Shown piece after piece: positions 8,991 to 16,798 of a DNA stretch of 60,086 nt (the first letter of the stretch is position 1; each line of letters begins with the position of its first letter). The notes beneath the pieces are model-generated. The model had not been told where the DNA came from, did no database searches, and saw nothing but the letters and a program-made list of their open reading frames with translations. The DNA is taken from NCBI GenBank assembly GCA_012522695.1, contig JAAYJX010000147.1:1-60086 (forward strand), written 5' to 3'. Source of the DNA: Erysipelotrichia bacterium (lineage in GTDB: Bacteria > Bacillota_I > Bacilli_A > RFN20 > CAG-826). A program made the translations under genes and the position numbers.

Positions 8991-10895
8991 TTATTTGCTT
9001 AATGACTTATCTTTAATTTCTTTAACAATTAACTTAATAAAGTCACTAAGAGATAGGCTAACTTGTTTTTCATTTCCATAAAGACGATACGTTACAGTTT
9101 CGTTTTCCATTTCCTTATCACCAACGACGAGCGTGTAAGGTATTTTTCTTACTTGTGCGCTACGGAGACGATAACTTATTTTTTCTTCCTCATTATTTAG
9201 TTCAACACGGACTCCTTGCTCTTTTAAAAGTTTACTAACTTTTAATGCATAGTCAAGATGTAATGTGTGGTGGACTGGAAGAAGACTTACTTGAATTGGA
9301 GAAAGCCAAGTAGGGAAAGCACCAGCAAAGTGCTCAATTAAAATACCAATAAATCGTTCAATACTACCATAAATTGCTCGATGAATCATAATTGGTCTTT
9401 CTTTTTCGCCATGTTCATTAATGAAAAATAATTCAAATCTTTCAGGTAAATTCATATCAAGTTGAATCGTTCCACATTGCCAAACTCTTTCAAGAGCGTC
9501 TAATAATTTAAAGTCAAGTTTAGGACCATAAAAAGCCCCATCGCCTTCATTAATGCGATATTTTTTGTTTACTCGCGAACATGCTTCTTTTAAAGCGTCT
9601 TCAGAAAGATCCCAGACTTTTAAATCACCAATATATTTTTCTTTAGGTCGTGTCGATAATTCTAAATTATAACTTAGGCCAAATAATGTATAAAACTCAT
9701 CGAAAAGCTTAATCATATCGACCAGCTCATTTATTAGTTGATCTTTACGACAGTAAATATGAGCATCATCTTGTGTAAACGCGCGAACTCGAAATAAACC
9801 TGATAACGCCCCGCTAGCTTCTTTACGATGAACAAGACCTAATTCACCAACACGGAGTGGTAAATCTTTATATGAATGAAGAGAGTTCTTATAAACGAGT
9901 AAGCTTCCTGGACAATTCATTGGCTTAATCGCAAATTCATGTTCATCAACTTCACTAAAATACATATTTTCTTTATAGTTTTCATAATGACCACTTACTT
10001 GCCATAATTCTTTTGAAAGTAAAGTTGGTGTTTTAATAAATTGATATCCGACACTTTCATGTTTTTGATACCAAAAGTTTTCTAATTCTTGACGAATAAT
10101 CATTCCATTATTTAACCAAAAAGGAAAACCAGGACCATATTCACTAATCATAAAAATGCCTAGTTCTTTACCAAGCCGACGATGGTCACGTTTCTTTCTT
10201 TCTTCAAGTAAATATAGATGGTGTTCTAAGTCTTCTTTTGTAAAAAAGGACGTTCCGTAAATGCGCGTTAATTGTTTATTATTATGATCGCCCCGCCAAT
10301 AGGCGCCAGCTAAACTAGTTAGTTTAAAATGTTTGATATATGACGTACTAGGTAAATGAGGGCCTAAACATAAATCATAAAAATCACCTTGCTCATAATA
10401 ACTAACGTCTCCGTTAATTTCTTTAATAAGTTCGATTTTATAAGGATTATTTTTAAATTTTATAAGCGCGTCTTCATAACTTAATTCAACACGCTTTATT
10501 GGCAAATTACTTTTAGCAATTTTATTCATTTCATTTTCAATTTTTATTAAATCATCATCATTAATAGGGCTTAAAAAATCAATATCATAATAAAAACCAT
10601 CTTTAATTGCTGGACCAAAGCCAATTAAAGCGCCTGGATACAAATTTAAAACCGCATGAGCAAGTAAGTGGCTTGCCGTATGGTTTAAAAATTCAAGGGC
10701 TTCTTGATCATCACTTGTTATTAAATTAAAGCTACCATCTTCAATTAAGGGTGTTCTTAAATCATATAGTTTATCGTTTAAGCGATAGACTAAACTTTTT
10801 TTAGCTAAGGTAGAGGAAAGAAGTTTTGCAACATCAAACCCATTAACTCCCTTTTCAACTTCAAGAACTTGACCATTTAATAATGTAAGTTTCAT
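8991..10895 (-). CDS. thrS: Threonyl-tRNA synthetase
   Basis: 634 aa with a TGS-like N-terminus, a class II core (FRVRAFTQDDAHIY, GTIQLD) and an anticodon-binding C-terminus. Confidence 0.95.
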   Translation of the reverse strand: MKLTLLNGQVLEVEKGVNGFDVAKLLSSTLAKKSLVYRLNDKLYDLRTPLIEDGSFNLITSDDQEALEFLNHTASHLLAHAVLNLYPGALIGFGPAIKDGFYYDIDFLSPINDDDLIKIENEMNKIAKSNLPIKRVELSYEDALIKFKNNPYKIELIKEINGDVSYYEQGDFYDLCLGPHLPSTSYIKHFKLTSLAGAYWRGDHNNKQLTRIYGTSFFTKEDLEHHLYLLEERKKRDHRRLGKELGIFMISEYGPGFPFWLNNGMIIRQELENFWYQKHESVGYQFIKTPTLLSKELWQVSGHYENYKENMYFSEVDEHEFAIKPMNCPGSLLVYKNSLHSYKDLPLRVGELGLVHRKEASGALSGLFRVRAFTQDDAHIYCRKDQLINELVDMIKLFDEFYTLFGLSYNLELSTRPKEKYIGDLKVWDLSEDALKEACSRVNKKYRINEGDGAFYGPKLDFKLLDALERVWQCGTIQLDMNLPERFELFFINEHGEKERPIMIHRAIYGSIERFIGILIEHFAGAFPTWLSPIQVSLLPVHHTLHLDYALKVSKLLKEQGVRVELNNEEEKISYRLRSAQVRKIPYTLVVGDKEMENETVTYRLYGNEKQVSLSLSDFIKLIVKEIKDKSLSK

Positions 10896-11122
10896 CGTCT
10901 TAATCTCCTTTTAAATAAAAAACGTCCATACGATAAGGACGCTTGCACGTGGTACCACCCTAATTCATATCTAAAGATATGCACTCATTTCTCTTAACGC
11001 GAGTTACGACTAATTTTCATTAGAGGCTCAGAAGTGGTATTAAACGTACTTCTTAGGAATTTCCACCAGCCATTTCTTCTCTAGAAAAGAAAATACATTT
11101 AACTTATCTTCATCATTGCCAA
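10896..11122 (-). promoter_or_regulatory. T-box leader (Thr, specifier ACC) with terminator
   Basis: On the - strand the T-box motif GAATTAGGGTGGTACCACG lies at 10948-10966. The terminator CGTCC...GGACG plus T6 lies at 10915-10943. The specifier context is AAUACCACUUCUGAG, with ACC at 11038-11036. Confidence 0.85.
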
Positions 11123-11127
11123 TATAA

Positions 11128-11156
11128 ATTATATTGACTACTTAAACGTAAGTCAA
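11128..11156 (-). promoter_or_regulatory. thrS promoter TTGACT-17-TATAAT
   Basis: Reverse complement of 11151-11156 is TTGACT; it overlaps the stop of the upstream ROK gene. Reverse complement of 11128-11133 is TATAAT. Confidence 0.6.
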
Positions 11157-12004
11157 TTACTAAGACGCCTAAAGCCATAAGCTGCCGCGCCGATTAAACC
11201 GGCTAAATCTTTAAAATAACATTCTCTTAAATTTAGCTGCGGATTTAAACTAACTAAATCTTTCCAAAAAACATCTTTGGATTGAAAAACACCACCAGTT
11301 AAAACATAAATTGAAGGATGATATTTACGCTCAATATAAGTTAAAAAATCTGTTAGTATATGGAGCCATCTACCATAAACAAAAAGCGCTTTAACGTTTT
11401 TTTCTTCAACTAAGGCAAAAAAGTGTTCGCTATTATTAATTTCTAAATCATGTACTTTAGCTAAATTAACTAAGCCATTACCACTTGAAAAATATTCAAA
11501 AGACTTCGTTAAATCTAAATGCTTATAAGGTGTATGGCCAATTTCATAAGGGCTTTCATCAAACGTTAAATCAACAACAAGCGCTCCACCAAGGCCAGTC
11601 GAAATTGTAACAAAAAAGACGCGTGAGTGTTTTTTACCATGACCTAAAAACGCTTCAGCAAATGCTGCCATCTCAGCATCATTTCGCACGATGATTGGTA
11701 AATTAAACTTTTTATTTAATATTTCTCCTAAAGGAATATCGTCAATATGAATATTAGGTAGAGTAATGACATAACTTTCGCGAAGAACAGGCCCAGGAAT
11801 GCCAATGGAAATGCCAATGACATCTTTATCCTCTTTTAAAATATCTTCAATCCCGCTAATTATTGAATTAACAAAGTCATCTTTTATATCTAAAATAGTC
11901 GGTTTAAAAATTTTATATAAAATATTCATTTTTTCATCAATAAGAGCGAAACGGGAATTTGTTCCACCAATATCAATACTAATAATTTTTTTTAAATCTT
12001 CCAT
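11153..12004 (-). CDS. ROK-family sugar kinase (glucokinase-like)
   Basis: N-terminal ATP-binding motif SIDIGGTNSRFAL plus ISTGLGGALV; 283 aa, which is short for the family; lies upstream of thrS and downstream of pfkA. Confidence 0.65.
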   Translation of the reverse strand: MEDLKKIISIDIGGTNSRFALIDEKMNILYKIFKPTILDIKDDFVNSIISGIEDILKEDKDVIGISIGIPGPVLRESYVITLPNIHIDDIPLGEILNKKFNLPIIVRNDAEMAAFAEAFLGHGKKHSRVFFVTISTGLGGALVVDLTFDESPYEIGHTPYKHLDLTKSFEYFSSGNGLVNLAKVHDLEINNSEHFFALVEEKNVKALFVYGRWLHILTDFLTYIERKYHPSIYVLTGGVFQSKDVFWKDLVSLNPQLNLRECYFKDLAGLIGAAAYGFRRLSN

Positions 12005-12007
12005 GTC

Positions 12008-12976
12008 TTACCTATTTACTATATTTATAAGTCGATATAGTTGAGCATATTCTTTTTTTGGCATACTAAATGCTTCTTCGAAGGTGTAATAAACTAGTTT
12101 ATTATCTTTAAGTCCAACGACAACATTATAAATGTTATCTTTTAATAAATCAACCGCATAAACACCTAGACGTGTTGCTAAAATTCGATCAAAAGCCGAA
12201 GGAGAACCGCCTCTTTGTAAACGTCCTAAAACTTCAGCCCGAGCTTCAATGCCTGTTTCTTTGCTAAGTTTTTCAGCAAAAGAAATAACGTTAGGAAAAA
12301 CCTTTTCACTAACAATTACAAGCGAATGCTTCTTAAAACCACTCCCAAGTAAACGAATTCGATTGATAATTTCTTCTTCTGTAAAAGGATGCTCTGGTGT
12401 TAAGATCATTTCAACACCTTCGGCAATTCCACTAAAAAGAGCTAAATCGCCACTAGTATTACCCATTACTTCAATAATCGTACATCGTTGATGTGAAGCG
12501 GTTGTATCACGCAACTTATCAACGACATCACAAATCGTATTTAAAGCCGTATCAAAGCCAATCGTATATTCACTTGAAGCAATGTCATTATCAATTGTTC
12601 CTGGTATACAAACACACTTAATACCAAGTTCTGTTAATTCTTTAGCCCCCATATAAGTTCCATCGCCACCAATGGCAATAATTGTATCGATCCCGAAATT
12701 TTTTAATTGATCGATGGCAATTAAGCGAGCTTCTTTTGTTTTAAAGTCGCGTGAACGGGCACTTTTTAAAATTGTTCCGCCACGATTAATAATATCGCTA
12801 ACAAAGTTTCGATCGACTTTTTCGATTCGTCCTTCGATTAAACCTTTATAACCTTCATAAACGACAAACATTTCAAAACCGTTTTTTAAACCGGCACGAA
12901 TAATAGCGCGAACGGCAGCATTCATCCCCGGTGCATCACCACCTGAAGTCAAAACGGCTATTCGACGAACACGCAT
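12008..12976 (-). CDS. pfkA: ATP-dependent 6-phosphofructokinase
   Basis: IAVLTSGGDAPGMNAAVRA, IGGDGT, PGTIDND, LGRLQRGG; 322 aa. Confidence 0.95.
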   Translation of the reverse strand: MRVRRIAVLTSGGDAPGMNAAVRAIIRAGLKNGFEMFVVYEGYKGLIEGRIEKVDRNFVSDIINRGGTILKSARSRDFKTKEARLIAIDQLKNFGIDTIIAIGGDGTYMGAKELTELGIKCVCIPGTIDNDIASSEYTIGFDTALNTICDVVDKLRDTTASHQRCTIIEVMGNTSGDLALFSGIAEGVEMILTPEHPFTEEEIINRIRLLGSGFKKHSLVIVSEKVFPNVISFAEKLSKETGIEARAEVLGRLQRGGSPSAFDRILATRLGVYAVDLLKDNIYNVVVGLKDNKLVYYTFEEAFSMPKKEYAQLYRLINIVNR

Positions 12977-13042
12977 CTACCTACCTCTTTTCTATACAGT
13001 TTAATTATATATGAAAGTGGACGATAATATAAATATTATTTT

Positions 13043-13056
13043 TAAAAACGCTTTCA
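13043..13056. promoter_or_regulatory. cre-like site (TGAAAGCGTTTTTA on the - strand) upstream of pfkA
   Basis: One mismatch to TGWAANCGNTNWCA. It lies 67-80 nt upstream of the pfkA ATG. Confidence 0.4.
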
Positions 13057-13062
13057 TGAAAT

Positions 13063-13085
13063 TGTGGATAACTATTTTTTCCACA
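13063..13085. promoter_or_regulatory. Pair of inverted DnaA boxes: TGTGGATAA (perfect, reverse orientation) and TTTTCCACA (1 mismatch)
   Basis: Matches to TTATCCACA at 13063-13071 and 13077-13085. A third 1-mismatch box, TTATTCACA, lies at 13148-13156. Confidence 0.55.
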
Positions 13086-13095
13086 TTTTGGAAAG

Positions 13096-13183
13096 ATAAA
13101 AAAGTCCGATAACATCGAAAAAAGGACGAAAATATAGTGGTGGAGAATTATTCACAATTAATAAAAAAGTCCGATAATATCGA
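13096..13183. repeat. Two 23-bp direct repeats ATAAAAAAGTCCGATAAYATCGA, each containing CGAT-N3-ATCG
   Basis: Copies at 13096-13118 and 13161-13183 match at 22 of 23 positions and start 65 bp apart. They lie in the pfkA/dnaB divergent spacer. Confidence 0.7.
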
Positions 13184-13234
13184 GATTATTTATTTTCATC
13201 TCAAAATTATTATGTTATAATCAATTCTCAAAAG

Positions 13235-14506
13235 ATGACAAATTTATTTATAAATGAACTCGATTATTATGAAACGCGGCTCGCCTCGAATATTAGTGAT
13301 ATTGACCGCGAAGTTTTAGTTGAATTATATCAACCACTTATTGGACATCAAGCCTTAGCTCTTTATTTATCTTTGTATTATGAAAAGGTAAAAAGTGACG
13401 ATATTGCTATTTTTAATCACGCGCATTTATTTAATAAATTACAAATGTCCTTAGGGCAACTCTTAGAAGCAAGAAGGCTTTTAGAAGGCGCGGCCCTTTT
13501 ACGCTCATTTGTTAAAGAAGAAAACGGGATAAAATATTATCTTTATGTTTTGTATGCACCTAAATCACCTAAGGATTTTTTTGAAGACACACTTTTTAAA
13601 GGCTTACTTATTAAGTATATTGGTGAAAAAGAAGCAATTCGCTTAGCTTCTAATTATGCCTTAGAAACAAAAACAAAAGGTTTTAAAGAAATAACCGTTT
13701 TGTTTCGTGAAGTGTTTTTATCTGATTTAGATGATCCGGCTTTTTCTCAAGAAGTAAATATTCCCGTTTTGGGAAGAAAAACAATTAGTGTGAAAACCGA
13801 TTTTGTTTATGATGAGTTTTTTAATGTTATTGAAAGTCGAAGCCAATATAAAAGAAATATTTTTTTGAAAAAAGAATTAAAAGAAATTGAACGCCTAGCT
13901 ACGTTATTTGGTTTAAATGAACTAACGATTGCAGAAATTGTTCTTGAGACTTTTGATCCAAGTAAAAAAGAAGAAAGAATAAACTTTTCTTATATTACAA
14001 AAAGGGCAAAAGATGAAGCTCGTTATCCCTTTTTACAAAAAAAAGCTCGTGGTAAAAAGTCGATTATTTCAAGCAAGACACAATTAGCAACAAAAATTAA
14101 ATTAATGGAAGCCGTTTCACCTAGTGATTATTTGCGAATTAAGCAAAATAATACAACGCCAAGTAGCCCTGATTTAGATTTAGTTAATGATTTATCGAAA
14201 CATTTCAATTTATCAAACGGTGTTATTAATGCTTTAATTGACTATGTTTTAACAAAGTTAAATAATGTTTTATCACGTCCTTTTGTCGAAAAGATTGCTG
14301 CTTCTTTGGCCCGAGAAGGCGTTGAAACAGCTGTTGATGCGATGAATTATTTATTAAAAGTTCATAATGGATATAAAAAACAACCTAAAAGAGTCGTAAA
14401 AGATCAAAGCGAAGTTGCTAAAAATGATATACTTATAGAAGAAGTTAGCGATCAAGAAATTGAAGATATTGTTAATTTCATCGAAAAAAAGAAAAAGGCA
14501 AAATAA
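13235..14506 (+). CDS. dnaB: Replication initiation and membrane attachment protein DnaB (Firmicute type, DnaD-like domains; not the helicase)
   Basis: DIDREVLVELYQPLIGHQALALYLSLY matches the B. subtilis DnaB N-terminal signature (DIDRQIITQLYQPLIG). The gene is followed directly by dnaI. Confidence 0.8.
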   Translation: MTNLFINELDYYETRLASNISDIDREVLVELYQPLIGHQALALYLSLYYEKVKSDDIAIFNHAHLFNKLQMSLGQLLEARRLLEGAALLRSFVKEENGIKYYLYVLYAPKSPKDFFEDTLFKGLLIKYIGEKEAIRLASNYALETKTKGFKEITVLFREVFLSDLDDPAFSQEVNIPVLGRKTISVKTDFVYDEFFNVIESRSQYKRNIFLKKELKEIERLATLFGLNELTIAEIVLETFDPSKKEERINFSYITKRAKDEARYPFLQKKARGKKSIISSKTQLATKIKLMEAVSPSDYLRIKQNNTTPSSPDLDLVNDLSKHFNLSNGVINALIDYVLTKLNNVLSRPFVEKIAASLAREGVETAVDAMNYLLKVHNGYKKQPKRVVKDQSEVAKNDILIEEVSDQEIEDIVNFIEKKKKAK

Positions 14507-14507
14507 A

Positions 14508-15407
14508 ATGAAAAAGCTTAAGCCACCAACTTTTCAACCAATTGACCTTGAACAATATATTCATGAGCTCGTTGAAAAATTACGTAATGATATTGAAGTG
14601 TATGAGCTTATTAAAAAAACAATTAGCCCATCACTTAAAATGGTTCGGGAAAACATCTCAAAGTTTATTGCTTTTCAAGAAGACTATCATTATTGTAAAA
14701 ATTGTCCTGGTTTAGAAAATTGCCGTAAAGAAACACCCTTTTTACAACTAAGGTTAGTTGAAGAAGATGGGATGATTGAAAGAACTTTTACGCCATGTGA
14801 TTTAGTTTTAAAACGCATTGAATTTGATAGTAAATATTTATATAGTGATTTTCCAAGTGAGTGGAAAGACGCAAATATTAAATTACTTGATAAAACTAAA
14901 GAAAGAAATTTTGTGCTTAAAATTTTTCAAGAACATCTTAAAAACACAAATGATCAATGGCTTTTTGTTAAGGGTCCTCATCGCATTGGCAAATCTTTTT
15001 TAATGGCAGCGCTCGTTAATGATTATTTAGCCTTAAAAAAAGAACAAGTTGCTTTTTTAGATAGTGCCTTAAGAATTAAAGAACTAACTGACCTCTCTTT
15101 TAATGACAAAGAAGCCTTTAATAAAAAAATTGTTGAATTAGGTCATGCTTCATTAGTCGTTTTTGATGATTTTGGGAATGAATATAAAAATGATTTTGTC
15201 CGTGATACAATCGTTTTACCATTATTACTTGAACGTTTTAAAAATAAGCGCTTAACTTATTTTACAAGTGACTTTTCAATTAATGAAATTGTTAAACTTT
15301 ATGAAACAAGTCCAAATGCTAAAATACGTGCCCAGCAACTTGGACGTCTTTTAAAAGATGCAACAAAAGGCGAAATCGATTTAAGTGGTGTAGCTATTTA
15401 CGAATAA
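14508..15407 (+). CDS. dnaI: Primosomal protein / helicase loader DnaI
   Basis: ATG at 14508 lies 1 nt after the dnaB stop. N-terminal Cys cluster CKNCPGLENC, Walker A GPHRIGKS, Walker B VVFDDFG. The track ORF start at 14460 overlaps dnaB and is unlikely. Confidence 0.8.
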   Translation: MKKLKPPTFQPIDLEQYIHELVEKLRNDIEVYELIKKTISPSLKMVRENISKFIAFQEDYHYCKNCPGLENCRKETPFLQLRLVEEDGMIERTFTPCDLVLKRIEFDSKYLYSDFPSEWKDANIKLLDKTKERNFVLKIFQEHLKNTNDQWLFVKGPHRIGKSFLMAALVNDYLALKKEQVAFLDSALRIKELTDLSFNDKEAFNKKIVELGHASLVVFDDFGNEYKNDFVRDTIVLPLLLERFKNKRLTYFTSDFSINEIVKLYETSPNAKIRAQQLGRLLKDATKGEIDLSGVAIYE

Positions 15408-16791
15408 TTTTTGCTAGTTTTATATATAACTCTTCAAGCGAATTATTATTAGAAATAATATAAGTCGCTTTTTTCTTATTTTCTTGAACATTAAAACCTT
15501 GATTTAACTTAAGAGAATCCTTAACACTTAAAAATCTTTTTGAAAGTCTTTCCGTTTGTGTTTTTAAATTGACGTCTAAATATAATGTTTCATCACAAAA
15601 AACATCAAGACCCGCCTCAAAAAGAAGAGGCATTTCAACGGCAATCTTTTCGTCCTTTTTTGTTTTTTTAATTATTTCTAAAAATCTTTTTTCAACAAGA
15701 GGATGGATTAGTTGTTCAAGTTTATATTTTTTATGTCCGTCTCCAATAATTACATGGGCGATAAAAGCTTTATCAACACTATTTTCTTTAATAACACTTT
15801 CATTGAATAATCTAATTAAAGGTTTATGTAATTTTGGATCTTGATAAAGTTTGTGAACAATTTCGTCGCCGCTAATTGGTATATATCCGTTTTCTTTAAA
15901 GTAATTTAAAGCACTTGATTTTCCACTTGCAATTGGTCCGGTAATTCCTAAGATGTAAGGCGAGTTTGGATTTTTTTGACACTTAGGACAATAAGTTGTT
16001 CCTCGTCCGGAAACAAACATTTTTTTTAAAGGCGATGAACAATTTAAACAAGGTTGATTTTCTCTTCCATAAGCATAAAGTTTTGTTTGAAAATTACCAT
16101 CAATGCCTATTCCCGCCTTATATGAACGAATTGTTGAGCCGCCATTTAAAATAGCTTCATCTAAAACTTCAACTGCTACTTTAACAATTTCTTTTAGTTT
16201 GTTTAAACTAATAAAATTTGCTGGTGTTTCGGGATGAACTTTTGTCTTAAATAAAATTTCATCAGCGTAAATATTTCCAATTCCACTTAAAAAAGTTTGA
16301 TCAAGCAAGACCGCTTTAATTGGAATTGATTTTCTTTTTAAGATTGAAAATAACTTATTAAAATCTAAAACATTACTCGGTTCTGGGCCTAATTTTTTTA
16401 AACAAGGCAAATTTTTATATTCGTCTTTTGTTGTTAATTTAAGCATCCCAAAACGTCTTGTATCGTTATATTCTAAATATGTTTGATCAGTAAATGTAAA
16501 CAAAACTAAACCGTGTTTATTAATCGTTTCTTTTTGGTTTTGATAATAAAAATATTTACCTTCCATTCTTAAATGTGAAACAATAACGAATCCTTCACTT
16601 AGATGAAAAATTAAATATTTACCTATTCTTTCTAAGTCTAAAATTGTTTTATTTAAAAGTGTGTTTTTAAAAAAAGAAAGGTCATTTTTAACGACTTTTT
16701 CATAAAAAACATCTACTTTTGCAATTGTTTTATGCAAAATAACACTTTTTAAGATATTTTTAATTGTTTCAACTTCTGGTAGTTCTGGCAT
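15394..16791 (-). CDS. Fusion protein: formamidopyrimidine-DNA glycosylase (Fpg/MutM) plus dephospho-CoA kinase (CoaE)
   Basis: N-terminal PELPEVETI and zinc finger CLNC...YCPKCQ make up residues 1-272. The linker NPNSPY follows, then a CoaE P-loop ILGITGPIASGKSS. It is a single open frame of 465 aa. Confidence 0.85.
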   Translation of the reverse strand: MPELPEVETIKNILKSVILHKTIAKVDVFYEKVVKNDLSFFKNTLLNKTILDLERIGKYLIFHLSEGFVIVSHLRMEGKYFYYQNQKETINKHGLVLFTFTDQTYLEYNDTRRFGMLKLTTKDEYKNLPCLKKLGPEPSNVLDFNKLFSILKRKSIPIKAVLLDQTFLSGIGNIYADEILFKTKVHPETPANFISLNKLKEIVKVAVEVLDEAILNGGSTIRSYKAGIGIDGNFQTKLYAYGRENQPCLNCSSPLKKMFVSGRGTTYCPKCQKNPNSPYILGITGPIASGKSSALNYFKENGYIPISGDEIVHKLYQDPKLHKPLIRLFNESVIKENSVDKAFIAHVIIGDGHKKYKLEQLIHPLVEKRFLEIIKKTKKDEKIAVEMPLLFEAGLDVFCDETLYLDVNLKTQTERLSKRFLSVKDSLKLNQGFNVQENKKKATYIISNNNSLEELYIKLAKIIRK

Positions 16792-16798
16792 AATTTAA

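Noticed and set aside
12977-13234. Possible replication origin, because of DnaA boxes in an AT-rich spacer next to replication genes.
   Set aside because: There is only one perfect and two 1-mismatch boxes. No dnaA/dnaN or rpmH lies nearby. The flanking genes (pfkA, dnaB-dnaI) are not origin-linked in known Firmicutes. A DnaA-regulated promoter is more parsimonious.
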